DNA of 64,000 nt from Candidatus Eiseniibacteriota bacterium (lineage in GTDB: Bacteria; Eisenbacteria; RBG-16-71-46; CAIMUX01; VGJL01). Positions within the stretch are counted from its first letter, which is position 1; the number at the start of each line of letters is the position of its first letter. The DNA is taken from contig CAWBWI010000001.1 in the NCBI GenBank assembly GCA_963792585.1, positions 864,001 to 928,000 of the forward strand, read 5' to 3'. A program made the translations under genes and the position numbers. Below are positions 46,744 to 57,045 of the stretch, piece after piece. The notes under the pieces were generated by a model. It worked only from the letters and a program-made list of their open reading frames with translations, did not search any database and was not told the DNA's origin.

Positions 46744-47693
46744 GGTGCTCCCCCCTCGGCGCCGGCGGCGCGAACGGATTCGAGGATCGCTCCCGCGCCA
46801 CTCTGGATCAGCTCGGCCGCAAGCTGCGCCCCGATGTCGTCCGCCTCTTCGATTCGCCCGGCCTTCCGCCCGCGCAGCAATGTGCGTCCTCCGGGGTCGG
46901 CCACCATTCCATCCAGGTCGAGCCACGCCGCATCCCCGGCGCGCGGCCGCGCGTGCGCCCCCACGGGCACCTGACAACCACCGCCCAGGGCATGCAGAAA
47001 CCCTCGCTCCGCGTCGGTCGCGGCCCGCGTCGTGGAATCCTCCAGTCGCGAGAGGAGGTCCGCCATCCGGGCATCGCAATTTCGGATCTCGACTCCCAAC
47101 GCGCCCTGCCCCGGCGCGGGAAGCAGCAGCTCGATGGAGAGGACCTCGCTCACCGACTCGAGCAGGCCGAGTCGCTCCAGCCCCGCCCGGGCGAGGATCA
47201 CCCCGTCGAACTCCCCCGAGATCCCCTTGCGTACGCGCGTGGGAACGTTGCCGCGCAGCGTCTCGACCCTCAGGTCGGGCCGTGCGTGGAGCAGCTGCGC
47301 CTGACGCCGGAGGCTCGAGGTGCCGATGCGCGCCCCGGCCGGGAGTGCCGCGAACCGTTCCCCGTGGGCAGAGATCAAGGCATCCCTCGGATCGGTCCGC
47401 GAGAGGACCGCCCCGAGTCTGAGCCCATCGGGGAGCTCGGTCGGCAGATCCTTCAGGCTGTGCACGGCGAGATCGCACCGACCATCGAGAAGGGCCTCCT
47501 CGATCTCCTTCGTGAAGAGCCCCTTGCCACCGATCTTCGCGAGTGGCGCGTCCAGGATCCGATCCCCCGTCGTCGAGATGATCGTGATCTCGACGACACA
47601 CCCCGGCTCAATGGAGCGGAGCAGATCGGCCACGTGCTCGGCCTGCCAGCGGGCGAGGTCGCTTCCCCGAGAGCCGATCCTAAGCGCCGTCAT
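46740..47693 (-). CDS. hemC: Hydroxymethylbilane synthase
   Basis: GSRGSDLARWQA, GKGLFTKEIE, VHSLKD, GTSSLRR, LGGGCQVP. Confidence 0.97.
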   Translation of the reverse strand: MTALRIGSRGSDLARWQAEHVADLLRSIEPGCVVEITIISTTGDRILDAPLAKIGGKGLFTKEIEEALLDGRCDLAVHSLKDLPTELPDGLRLGAVLSRTDPRDALISAHGERFAALPAGARIGTSSLRRQAQLLHARPDLRVETLRGNVPTRVRKGISGEFDGVILARAGLERLGLLESVSEVLSIELLLPAPGQGALGVEIRNCDARMADLLSRLEDSTTRAATDAERGFLHALGGGCQVPVGAHARPRAGDAAWLDLDGMVADPGGRTLLRGRKAGRIEEADDIGAQLAAELIQSGAGAILESVRAAGAEGGAP

Positions 47694-48960
47694 CGTCGCG
47701 ATCCTCCGATAGCCCGAAGAGGCGTCGAACGGTGTCGAGCCGACCGAGCATTCCAGAGCCGTGCCGCTGGAAGCTCTTGATATTGACGGTCGGATCGTGG
47801 AGCAGCTTGTTGACGATCCCCTTCGTCAGCGCCTCGATCTGCTCCCGGTCCTTTTCGCAGAGCTTGCGCCCGTACTTTTCCACCTCGAGCGCGCGGACAT
47901 TCTCGAATCGCTCGCGCAGCTCCCGGATCAGCGGGGCGACCTCGAGCGCGCCGTACCATTTGAGGAAATGGTCCAGCTCCTCGTGGATGATCGCTTCGAC
48001 CTTCGGGATCTCGCGACCGCGCCGTTCGAGGTTCGCCTTCACCAACCCTTCGAGGGCATCGATGTCGTAGAGGAAGACGTTTTCGAGCTTCGCCACGGAG
48101 GGCTCGACGTCGCGAGGGACCGCGAGGTCGATGAACAGGAGGGTCCGGCCACCGCGAGAGGCGAAGACCCGACGAACCATCTCCTGCCGGATAACCGGCT
48201 CGGGCGACGCGGTTGCGGTGACGACGATGTGGGCCCCGGCCATGGCCTTCTCGATCTGGTCGAACGGCACCGCCCGCCCCCCCAGATCCGCGGCCAGTTC
48301 CATCGCCTTCTCGTGGGTGCGGTTGACCACGACGATCTGGCCGACCCCTTCCTCCTTCAGGTGGAGCGCGGCCAGGCGGCCGGTCTCCCCGGCGCCGATC
48401 AACAATGCCGTTCGTTGCCCCATGTCGGAGAAGATGCGCGAGGCGAGCGAGACTCCGGCGTAGCTGACCGAGACGGCGCCGACGCCGACCTCGGTCTCGC
48501 TGCGGACGCGCTTGCCGACGCGAAACGCGGCATCGAGAAGTCGCTGCATCAGGGGTCCGGCGGTCCCGGCCCGCCGAGCGATCTCGAAGGCCTCGTGGAC
48601 CTGGCCGAGGATCTGGACCTCGCCGACGATCATCGAGTCGATCGAGCTGGCGACGCGGAAGAGGTGGGACACCATCTCCCGCCCCGAGTGGGTATAAAGG
48701 GTGCCGTCGGTCTCTCCGAGATCGAGCCCCCGGTGCGATCGCACCATCTCGAGGAACTGCTCTCGTCCGAGGTCCGTCGTGTCGGCGAGAGCGTAGAGCT
48801 CGGTTCGATTGCAGGTGGAGAGCAGCAACCGCTCGGGCATCGCGTCGGGCGTGCCGGCGCGACGCAGGAGTTCCTCCGCTTCCCCGCCGGCGAAGGCGAG
48901 CCGTTCCCGCAGCGAGAGCGGGGCGGTCCGGTGGCTCAGGCCAACGACGACGAGATCCAT
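47680..48960 (-). CDS. hemA: Glutamyl-tRNA reductase
   Basis: GLSHRTAP, LSTCNRTE, DSMIVGEVQILGQ, IGAGE, DLAVPRDVE. Confidence 0.97.
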   Translation of the reverse strand: MDLVVVGLSHRTAPLSLRERLAFAGGEAEELLRRAGTPDAMPERLLLSTCNRTELYALADTTDLGREQFLEMVRSHRGLDLGETDGTLYTHSGREMVSHLFRVASSIDSMIVGEVQILGQVHEAFEIARRAGTAGPLMQRLLDAAFRVGKRVRSETEVGVGAVSVSYAGVSLASRIFSDMGQRTALLIGAGETGRLAALHLKEEGVGQIVVVNRTHEKAMELAADLGGRAVPFDQIEKAMAGAHIVVTATASPEPVIRQEMVRRVFASRGGRTLLFIDLAVPRDVEPSVAKLENVFLYDIDALEGLVKANLERRGREIPKVEAIIHEELDHFLKWYGALEVAPLIRELRERFENVRALEVEKYGRKLCEKDREQIEALTKGIVNKLLHDPTVNIKSFQRHGSGMLGRLDTVRRLFGLSEDRDDDGA

Positions 48961-49787
48961 GCCAGTCCCGCGAAACGGTGGAACGAGTGGATGAAGAAGT
49001 TCAGGGCGACGAGCGCCAACCCCATCAGGAGAAAACCCCCGATCGAGAGGTAGACCGTGCGGTGGCCGCGCCATCCGAGGAGATAGTGCGCGACCAGACA
49101 GATGGCATAGATGATCCACACGAAGACGGTCGTCAGGAACATCGGGTCGGTCATGAAGCTGGGATAGAGCCGCAAGGCCCACCGGATGCCGACCGGAATC
49201 GCGATCGTCAAGGCCGCGAACCCGAAGGCGGCTGCCCGGATGTTCATCTTCGCGAGGACCTCGAGCGGAGGAAGCTTCCGGTAGACCAACCCGAAGCGAT
49301 TCGCCTTCAGCTCGTTGTACAGAAGCAGGAAGAGGAAGCCGTAGATCGCCGATACCGCGAACGCCGAGTATCCGAGGATGGCGCTAAGCGTGTGCAACCC
49401 GAAGAGGGGCTCTCGCAGCAGCGGCTTGACTTCCCCGGCGAGCGCGATGCGCCCCGACGAGGCGAACTGCAGGAGCGCCGAGAAGCCGACCAGGAAGAGA
49501 CCGGTCATGACATTGCGCGTGCGTGTCTCGACGTAGCCGTACGCGGCAGCAGTGGAAAAGGCGATCACCGTCAGAATCTCCGGCGCGGTCGCCAGTGGAA
49601 TCCTCTTGTGGAAGAGGATGAACGTGGTCAGAAACGCGAGGTGGGTCACAAGGGTGATGAGGAAGACAGGTCGGGCATAGGGTGAGTAGCGGTCCCCGCG
49701 GCCGAAGAAGCGCATGCCGTAGAGGACGACGCTCAAGACGTAGAGCGTCGGCACCGCACAACGAAGGACCGGGAGCAGATGGCTCAT
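48936..49787 (-). CDS. HemX/CcsA-like cytochrome c assembly family membrane protein
   Basis: About 8 TMs, LHTLSAILGY, LPPLEVL, degenerate WWD (MTDP), C-terminal HSFH; directly upstream of hemA. Confidence 0.8.
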   Translation of the reverse strand: MSHLLPVLRCAVPTLYVLSVVLYGMRFFGRGDRYSPYARPVFLITLVTHLAFLTTFILFHKRIPLATAPEILTVIAFSTAAAYGYVETRTRNVMTGLFLVGFSALLQFASSGRIALAGEVKPLLREPLFGLHTLSAILGYSAFAVSAIYGFLFLLLYNELKANRFGLVYRKLPPLEVLAKMNIRAAAFGFAALTIAIPVGIRWALRLYPSFMTDPMFLTTVFVWIIYAICLVAHYLLGWRGHRTVYLSIGGFLLMGLALVALNFFIHSFHRFAGLAWISSSLA

Positions 49788-49827
49788 TCGATAGGCGCCT
49801 GGCCGTCGGGGGGAACCCGACCCTTTC

Positions 49828-49847
49828 TGAACTGACCAGTCAGTTCA
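49828..49847. promoter_or_regulatory. 20-bp palindromic operator candidate for the hem operon
   Basis: TGAACTGAC-CA-GTCAGTTCA, perfect 9-bp arms, immediately downstream of the predicted transcription start. Confidence 0.75.
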
Positions 49848-49854
49848 ATAATGC

Positions 49855-49883
49855 AGGCTAACCCACCAAGGTGACCCGGTCAA
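49855..49883 (-). promoter_or_regulatory. Sigma70 promoter of the hem operon
   Basis: Minus strand TTGACC-N17-TAGCCT. Confidence 0.6.
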
Positions 49884-49889
49884 GCCTCT

Positions 49890-50711
49890 CTAATCCGTCG
49901 GGGGATCCCCCTCGGCATCCAGGTCGAGGTCTCCCTGACTGGGGCGATCCCTCCGGTTGAGCCAGAGAGCCGGCTCTTCCCGTTCCAGGAAGGCCTGGGT
50001 CAGGGACCCGAAGTCCTCCGCCCCCGTGCTGGTCGGGGCCGTCACCTGGATGGGAGCATGGAAGCCCCCCGCCTCGGCCAGGCGCGCGTTCTCACGGATC
50101 GGCCCCAGGACGAACGCCCCGTACTTTTCGCGCAATGCCGTTTCGAGTCGATTGCTCAAGCGCGTATGGACCGTCCGGTTGGGAATGATCCCGATCGTGC
50201 GCAGGCGCGGATTCCGATGTCGTTTGACCTGATCGACCACGTCCATCAACAGGTCCATCACCGCGACATCCAGCTCCCGCGTGGAGACCGGAATCAGCAC
50301 GCCGTCCGCGCAGGAGAGGGTCGCCACAAGCAGCGATCCCCACGTCGGTGGTGTGTCGACGAAGAGGTAGTCCACGTCCGGTGGGACCTGACCGATCAGG
50401 TGGGCGAGCCTGTCCCGCGTGGGATGCGTCCCGTTGTCGAACGGCGCTAGCAATCGACTGCTGGGAGCGATGCGGAGCCCACTGACGAGCGTTGATAGGA
50501 GCACGTCCGTGAGCCTCTTCTCTCCCGAGAGCGTGTCCGCCATGTTGCCATTCGAGGATCGGGGCAGAAGGTGGAAGGTGCTCGATGCCTGCGGGTCGAG
50601 GTCCATCAGGATGACCTTGCGACCCGTCAATGCGATACCGGCGGCGAGATTCACGGCGATGGTCGTCTTGCCGGAGCCACCCTTAATGTTAGCAACAGCA
50701 TACGTTCTCAT
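49890..50711 (-). CDS. ParA/Soj family ATPase (no adjacent parB)
   Basis: KGGSGKTT deviant Walker A, DLDPQ, VDTPP, IRENARLAEA. Confidence 0.9.
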   Translation of the reverse strand: MRTYAVANIKGGSGKTTIAVNLAAGIALTGRKVILMDLDPQASSTFHLLPRSSNGNMADTLSGEKRLTDVLLSTLVSGLRIAPSSRLLAPFDNGTHPTRDRLAHLIGQVPPDVDYLFVDTPPTWGSLLVATLSCADGVLIPVSTRELDVAVMDLLMDVVDQVKRHRNPRLRTIGIIPNRTVHTRLSNRLETALREKYGAFVLGPIRENARLAEAGGFHAPIQVTAPTSTGAEDFGSLTQAFLEREEPALWLNRRDRPSQGDLDLDAEGDPPTD

Positions 50712-50810
50712 GGGTCTCCCGATTTTGCCGGTCAGGATAAAACCGGCCGTGAGCATAACCCATGGAACGACCGTCTGCTAGGCCGGATTTCGCCCTCCGC
50801 GGCGACGGGT

Positions 50811-53081
50811 CTAGTGCCCCCGGAGTTTGTTCAGCGCGCTCCCCGCGCGGAACCAGCCTATCTGCTCCTCATTCAACGTGTGTCGCAGGATGACCGCCTC
50901 GGTCGACCCGTCGTCGTGAACGAGGCGGGCGACCACGTCCCTCCCAGGGGCGAGCGCCTTCAACCCGGTGAGGACGACCCGGTCGCCTTCCCGGACCTTC
51001 TCATAGTCGGCGACATCTACGAACGTCAGCGGCAGGATCCCCTGCTTCTTGAGGTTCGATTCATGGATGCGCGCGAATGAGCGGACGATCACCGCCATGC
51101 CGCCGAGGAACCGCGGGGACATGGCGGCGTGCTCGCGGCTCGAGCCTTCCCCGTAGTTGTCGTCTCCGACCACGACCCAACGCCGGCCCTCCTTCTTGTA
51201 GGCGCGGGCGATCGTCGGGATCGGTTCCCCCGTCTTGCCGGTCAGAAGGTTGCGGCCGTGCCCCGTCTCGCCGGTGAAAGCGCTCACGGCCCCGTTGAAC
51301 ATGTTGTCGCTGATCCGATCGAGGTGGCCGCGATAGCGCAGCCACGGGCCGGCGGGAGAGATGTGGTCGGTGGTGCACTTGCCCTTGGCCTTGAAGAGCA
51401 GCAGAAGTTCGATCTCGTCCGCGCCGTCCCATGCGGGGAAGGGCTCGAGGAGCTGCAGCCGTTCGCTGCGGGGATCGACCTCGACTGCGATCGATCCTCC
51501 GCCCGGCGGCGGGCGCCTCATATCCGCTTCGGTCCTTCACGAATCCGTTCGGGGGCAGCTCCGGCGCCTTCTTGGGAGGCTTGAGCCGCAGCTTCGCCCC
51601 GCCGGCCGTCGACGACCTCGTCCACGTTGGGATCGAAGGAGAGACGGCCCGCCAGTCCGAGCGCCATCACGATCTCGGGACTCGCGATGAAGGCCAGGGT
51701 GTTTGGATCCCCGTCGTTGCGCTTGGGGAAGTTGCGGTTGAAGGATGTCAGGATCGAGTTCGGCTCCCCCTTCTCCCTCGCCCGCTTCCACTGCCCGATG
51801 CACGGACCGCAGGCGTTCGCCAGGACCTTCGCGCCGACCGACTCCAGGCTCGCAAGCTGGCCGTCGCGCTCGATCGTCGCGCGGATCTGCTCGCTCCCCG
51901 GAGTGACGAGCAGCTCGCTCGTCATCCGCACCCCCTGGGCGTGCGCCTGCTCCGCCACGTCGGCGGCGCGCGAGATGTCTTCGTAGGAGGAGTTCGTGCA
52001 GGAGCCAACCAACGCGACGGTGATCGCGTCCGGGTATCCCTTCTCCTTCACCTCCGCGCGCGAGTCGCGAGACCGGGCGCGTGAGATCCGGCGTGTGCGG
52101 TCCGACGATTTGCGGCTCGAGCTTCGAGAGATCGATCTCGACGATCCGCTCGAAGAACCGCTCCGGCGCCTTCTCAACCTCGGGATCCGCGGTGAGGAGG
52201 CGGCGGAATCGCTCGGCCAGTTCGGCGAGCCCCGAACGGTCGGTGGCGCGGAGGTAGCGGGCCATCGGCGCGTCGAAGGGAAAGACCGATCCGGTGGCGC
52301 CCAGTTCTGCGCCCATGTTCGTGATCGTTCCCTTACCGGTGCAGGAGACCTCCGCGGCGCCGGGCCCGAAGTACTCGAGGACGCGATTGGTCCCCCCCTT
52401 CACGGTGAGCAGTCCGCAGAGGTAGAGGATCACGTCTTTCGGCGACGTCCAGCCCGACAACGCGCCGGTCAGATGGACGCCGATCAAGGTCGGGTACTTG
52501 ACCTCCCATGGAAAGCCCGCCATCACATCGACCGCGTCGGCCCCGCCCACACCCGAAGCGATCATGCCGAGTCCGCCGGCGTTTGGGGTGTGCGAATCGG
52601 TTCCGATCATCAGTCCGCCCGGGAACGCATAGTTTTCCAGGATGACCTGGTGGATGATGCCCGCGCCCGGCTTCCAGAAACCGATCCCGTACTTCGCGGA
52701 GACGTCGTGCAGGAAGGCATAGACCTCGCGGTTCTCGTCGAGAGCCGCCTGCGTGTCGGCAGACGCCCCCACGCGCGCCTGGATCAGGTGATCGCAGTGA
52801 ACGGTCGTCGGAACGGCCGTGCGATCCCGCCCCGCGAGCATGAACTGCAGGAGCGCCATTTGCGCCGTCGCATCCTGCATCGCGACCCGATCCGGCCGGA
52901 GCATGAGGTAGCTCTTGCCGGCCTCCAGATCCTGGCTCTCTGGATCGTCGAGGTGACCGAGCAGGATCTTCTCCGAGAGGGTCAGAGGGCGGCCAAGACG
53001 CTTGCGGGCGACCGCGAGACGCTCTTCCATCTTCGCGTAGACGCCGGCAACGAACTCAGGGGTCGAGTCGATCGATTGCAT
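50811..53081 (-). CDS. Aconitate hydratase (AcnA/mitochondrial type) split by 3 apparent +1 frameshifts
   Basis: [60 protein letters not shown], in different frames. Breaks near 52058, 51607 and 51503. Confidence 0.9.
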
Positions 53082-53172
53082 CGTTCTTCCTGCCTCCAGC
53101 TGGTGCTTCTTGCCGTGGGGAACGTTCCAGAATAGCGCGCCGGACGCGATTGCGGGGCCGGGAAGTTGCGCC

Positions 53173-53703
53173 TCATTCCAGGAGCCGAAGCCCGCTGGGA
53201 TATCGGCGGGCGAGGTCCACGTAGGTCTCCTTGAAGCGCGTCCACTCGGCCTTGTAGGCGTCGTCGATGCGCTTCTCGAGGATCCGAGCGGGAACGCCTA
53301 CCGCGATCTGCTCGGGTGGGACCTCCTGCCGTTGCTTCACGACGGCCCCCTCCCCCACGACCGACCAGCGGCCGACGACCGCCCAATCGGAAACGATGGC
53401 GCCCATGCCGATCACCGCCCAGTCGTCGATGCGGGCCGCATTGTGGATGATCGCGCCGTGTCCGATCGTCACCCAGTCCCCGATCGTGCAGGTCTCCCCC
53501 GGACGCGCGTGGATCACGCAATTGTCCTCGACGCTCGTGCAGACGCCGATTCGGATCGCGCCGTAGTCGCCGCGCAGGCGGGCCCCCGGTCCGATCCAGC
53601 ATCCCGCACCGATCTCCACGTCGCCGAAGAGGTCCGCGGTGGGGTGGACATACGCGCCCTCGCCGATCCGGGGCGTCTTTCCCTCGAACGATCCGACCGC
53701 CAT
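53173..53703 (-). CDS. Gamma carbonic anhydrase-like hexapeptide-repeat protein
   Basis: LRGDYG.I.IG...[17 protein letters not shown]. Confidence 0.9.
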   Translation of the reverse strand: MAVGSFEGKTPRIGEGAYVHPTADLFGDVEIGAGCWIGPGARLRGDYGAIRIGVCTSVEDNCVIHARPGETCTIGDWVTIGHGAIIHNAARIDDWAVIGMGAIVSDWAVVGRWSVVGEGAVVKQRQEVPPEQIAVGVPARILEKRIDDAYKAEWTRFKETYVDLARRYPSGLRLLE

Positions 53704-53867
53704 TCTCCCCTCCCTTCGAAGCTCACGAGGCCCGCCGGTGCCCGATCCGCGGCATCATACACAACCGGTGCGTTCGGCCGGGACCCGCGGGATAGGAGTG
53801 GGAACCGTCCCCCGGCTCGAATTCGCCGGGAGACATGCGCGGCAGATTCTGGGGATTCTCCGGGGAA

Positions 53868-54770
53868 TCAGGAGGGTGCAACCGCGCGCGCCCAGTCGTG
53901 GACCTCCGAGAAGCTCCCCATGACGAGGGTGCCGGTCAGGGGGCGGGCCCCCTCACCTCCGAGTATCAGGTGGATTCGACGGGGGAGCTTCCGCCGCAGT
54001 TTCTGGATCTGCCCGGTCATCCTCGACCCGCGTCCGGCAACCGAAACGCTCAGGGCGACGGCGCTCGCTCCCCGCTCAACCGCAAGCGCAGCGACCTGCT
54101 CCGGCGGAACCTCCGTACCGAGGTAGAGGACTCGACGCCCCGCGCTGGCCATCGCTAGCGCCGCCATCTGCAGCCCGAGGGCATGGGTTTCTCCCGGAAG
54201 CGTCGCGAGAATCATTGAGGGTCCATCCGCCCGTTCCTCGAAAGGCAGGCGCAGCGTCCGCAGGAGGTCGGCGATCCGCTCGGAGAGGAAATGCTCGTGC
54301 CGAATCTCGAGCCGACCTTCGGCCCACTCCTCCCCCACCGCCCGGACCAGCGGGGTGATCGCGTCGTTGAGGTAGGCCACCGGTCCCAAGCGCGCCCAGT
54401 CGAGGAGAAGCAGGTGGGTCAGTTGCTCCGTGTCGAAATCCCGGACGGCTTGGAGAAGGACTTCGAGAAGGGCGGGACTCGTACCCGTCCCCTCCGGTCC
54501 GACCTGGGACCGCTGTCCGTCCCACGTCGTCCCTCCTACCCGGAGGAGTCGATCGAGGTCGTTCTCGTCCGCGCCGACGACTTCCGCAGCGCGGTGCCCC
54601 ATGGCGATGGCCTCGGCGACCTTTCGAAGGCGGGGGATGTTCGCGGTGGCATAGACGCGATGTCCCGAGGGCTTTCGATCCGGCGCGGGGAACCCATAAC
54701 GGCGTTCCCAACTGCGTAGGGTCTCGATTGGGATCGATGTCGCGCGGGAGAGAGCTCCGATCGTCAACAT
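53868..54770 (-). CDS. CarH/LitR-type MerR regulator with B12-binding domain
   Basis: TLRSWERRYG MerR HTH, W-x9-EH (WAEGRLEIRHEH), ETHALG cobalamin motif. Alternative start at 54812. Confidence 0.88.
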   Translation of the reverse strand: MLTIGALSRATSIPIETLRSWERRYGFPAPDRKPSGHRVYATANIPRLRKVAEAIAMGHRAAEVVGADENDLDRLLRVGGTTWDGQRSQVGPEGTGTSPALLEVLLQAVRDFDTEQLTHLLLLDWARLGPVAYLNDAITPLVRAVGEEWAEGRLEIRHEHFLSERIADLLRTLRLPFEERADGPSMILATLPGETHALGLQMAALAMASAGRRVLYLGTEVPPEQVAALAVERGASAVALSVSVAGRGSRMTGQIQKLRRKLPRRIHLILGGEGARPLTGTLVMGSFSEVHDWARAVAPS

Positions 54771-54835
54771 TCCGGTCGAGTCAACGGAAGCCCTTCCCCT
54801 CCTCGAGTTCATCGAACCCCCCATTCGTCGCGGCC

Positions 54836-54864
54836 GACCCTTCCGCCGCGGCGGCGGAAGGGTC
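54836..54864. other. 13-bp perfect hairpin between fasciclin and carH-like genes
   Basis: GACCCTTCCGCCG-CGG-CGGCGGAAGGGTC; no U-tract. Confidence 0.55.
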
Positions 54865-54880
54865 CCGGGACGGTACGATC

Positions 54881-55405
54881 CTACTTCGTCTGCTTCGGGA
54901 GAATCACCGTGTCGATGACGTGGATGATGCCGTTGGAACAGGCGATGTCGGTTTTGAGGACGTTCGCTCCATCGATCGTGACACCCTTTTCTCCGGCGAC
55001 CACCGAAATCTCCTTGCCCTGCACGGTCTTCCAGGTCTTTTGGTTCACGACGTCGGCGGCCATGGCGCGGCCGGCGACCACGTGGTAGGTGAGGATCGAG
55101 GCGAGCGCCTCCTTGTCCTTCAGGAGGGATTCGATGGTGCCGGCCGGCAGCTTCGCGAAGGCCGCGTCGGTCGGAGCGAAAACCGTGAACGGCCCCTTGC
55201 CCTTCAAGGTCGCCTCGAGGCCTGCCGCCTGGACCGCGGCCACCAGGGTCTTGAAGTCGCCGGCCGCGACGGCGGTCTCCACGATGTCCATCTGCGGGAC
55301 CTCGACCTTCGGCTTGCCCGCGAAGGCGAGCGAGGCGACGCCGAGTACGGAGGCTGTGATCATACCGGCCACGAGGGCCGTGCGGATACGGTTGTGGGTC
55401 TTCAT
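54881..55405 (-). CDS. Fasciclin (FAS1) domain secreted protein
   Basis: Signal peptide, [31 protein letters not shown]. Confidence 0.95.
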   Translation of the reverse strand: MKTHNRIRTALVAGMITASVLGVASLAFAGKPKVEVPQMDIVETAVAAGDFKTLVAAVQAAGLEATLKGKGPFTVFAPTDAAFAKLPAGTIESLLKDKEALASILTYHVVAGRAMAADVVNQKTWKTVQGKEISVVAGEKGVTIDGANVLKTDIACSNGIIHVIDTVILPKQTK

Positions 55406-55501
55406 TGTTGGATCTTCCTTTCCCTTATCCATGTGCTGCGGGGACCAGGTCCCCGCAAGTTTCCATTCCACTCGATCAGGATCCTTGGCTGCGCGGTCCG
55501 T

Positions 55502-55732
55502 CTAGGTGACGGCGCGGCCCCAACGGGCCCGGATTGCCTTCCATGCGAAGGCCTGGTAGAGGGCGGCGAGTCCGACCAGTAGGTAGATGGCCGCGCTGAA
55601 TGTGTTCTTCGCGCCGAAACCACCAGCGCCCGAAAGGAGGGCGACCAGGTCGAAATTGGCCACGGCGACGAGTCCCCAGTTCAAACCGCCCACGACCAGC
55701 AGGACGGCGGCGAGAATATCGATGGTCTTCAT
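55502..55732 (-). CDS. DUF378 small membrane protein
   Basis: LLVVGGLNWGLV..NFDLV...IYLLVGLAALY; AGGAGG SD. Confidence 0.9.
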   Translation of the reverse strand: MKTIDILAAVLLVVGGLNWGLVAVANFDLVALLSGAGGFGAKNTFSAAIYLLVGLAALYQAFAWKAIRARWGRAVT

Positions 55733-55807
55733 GCTTGGATTCCTCCTATTCGAGAACCTTTGACGTCGCCGCCGGCCCGACCCTGCCGGGCTGCAGGCGA
55801 CAAGGGC

Positions 55808-55852
55808 ATCATAGGACTTGGTGATTTGTTTTGTCAAGTATTTGCACAGATA
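55808..55852 (-). promoter_or_regulatory. Strong sigma70 promoter with CarH-type repeats over the -35
   Basis: TTGACA-N18-TATGAT in an AT-rich patch; 11-bp-phased tatcTgtGCAa / atacTtgACAa. Confidence 0.6.
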
Positions 55853-56008
55853 TATTTCAGCATCCATCCCGAGACGATCCCGGAGCCTCGGGCGCCGCCC
55901 GGTAAATTGGCCGCTCGACTCCCCGTTGCGCCGGTCCGGTCGAGGCGAAACAATGGGGCCAACCCCGCACGTGCCGATCCATCGTCGAGCCTGGAAGGGA
56001 GTCCAAAG

Positions 56009-57045
56009 ATGAAGCGGTTCGCGTCGATCCTCTATCTCCTGGCGCTCGCATCCGCCCCCCATGCCGCGCCGCTTCCCGTCGCGCCCGGCGCGGGCGCCCA
56101 TTCGGGCACGATCGCCACCTTCTCCTGCGTCGGGTTCGATCCGGAGACCGGCGATCTCGGCGTGGTCGTGCAGTCCAAGTTCTTCGCCGTCGGCTCCGTC
56201 GTCCCCTGGGCGCGCGCCGAGGTCGGCGCCGTCGCCACCCAGGCCTTTGGGAACACGACGTTCGGTCCCCGCGGGCTCGACCTTCTTGCCGGAGGAAAGA
56301 CGCCCGCCGAGGCGATCGAGGCGCTCCTGGCACCCGACACGCTTCGGGAGCGGCGGCAGGTCGGCATCGTCGACGCCAAAGGACGAAGCGTCACCTTCAC
56401 CGGCAAGGAGTGCATGGCCTGGGCCGGCGGGGTCTCGGGACCGAACTTCGCGGCGCAGGGGAACATCCTCGTCGGCGAGCCCACGGTCCGGGAGATGGCG
56501 GCGGCATTCGAGTCCACCAAGGGGATGCTCGGCGACCGGCTGATGGCGGCCATCGAGGCGGGGCAGGCTGCGGGGGGAGACTCGCGCGGGATGCAGTCGG
56601 CCGCGCTCTTGATCGTTCGCAACGGCGGAGGCTACGGCGGTAACAACGATCGCTATTGCGACCTCCGTGTCGACGACGCGGTCGATCCGATCGCCGAGCT
56701 TCACCGCATCTACAACATCTGGAAACCGAACGCGCTGGTGACCGAGGGGTATCTCCAGGTCGAGAAGGGCGCGTTCGCGCGCGCCTACTCGATGGGGCTC
56801 GAGGCGGTCGGTCTCAAGCCCGAGGCGGGCGAGTACCGCTACCATCTCGCCTGCTACTACTCCCGGGGCGGGGAACGCGAGAAGGCGATCGCCACCTTGG
56901 GGGAGGCGCTCGAGCGCGAGCCGGGACTCTCGAACAGGCAGCCGTCGACACGGACCTCGCCCCGCTGGGGAGCGACCCGCGCTTCGGGAGAATGCTCGAG
57001 GCGGCCACGAAGGCCGCGACCCAGAAGAAGCCGTCGGATCGATGA
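56009..57045 (+). CDS. DUF1028 (Ntn-hydrolase-like) secreted protein with C-terminal TPR; one apparent frameshift near 56928
   Basis: ATFS..GFDPETGDLGVVVQSKFFAVG, QGNIL, GGDSRGMQSAAL, DLRVDD. The TPR tail continues in another frame (EQAAVDTDLAPLGSDPRF...*). Confidence 0.85.

Noticed and set aside
46744..47601. Extra 286-aa N-terminal extension of the TetR-HemD ORF in the track
   Set aside because: It is an Arg-rich shadow frame over hemC. The real start is the GTG at 46743.
51490..52090. Programmed frameshifting in aconitase or purC
   Set aside because: No slippery sequence with a stimulatory structure is evident, and multiple scattered indels fit sequencing error better.
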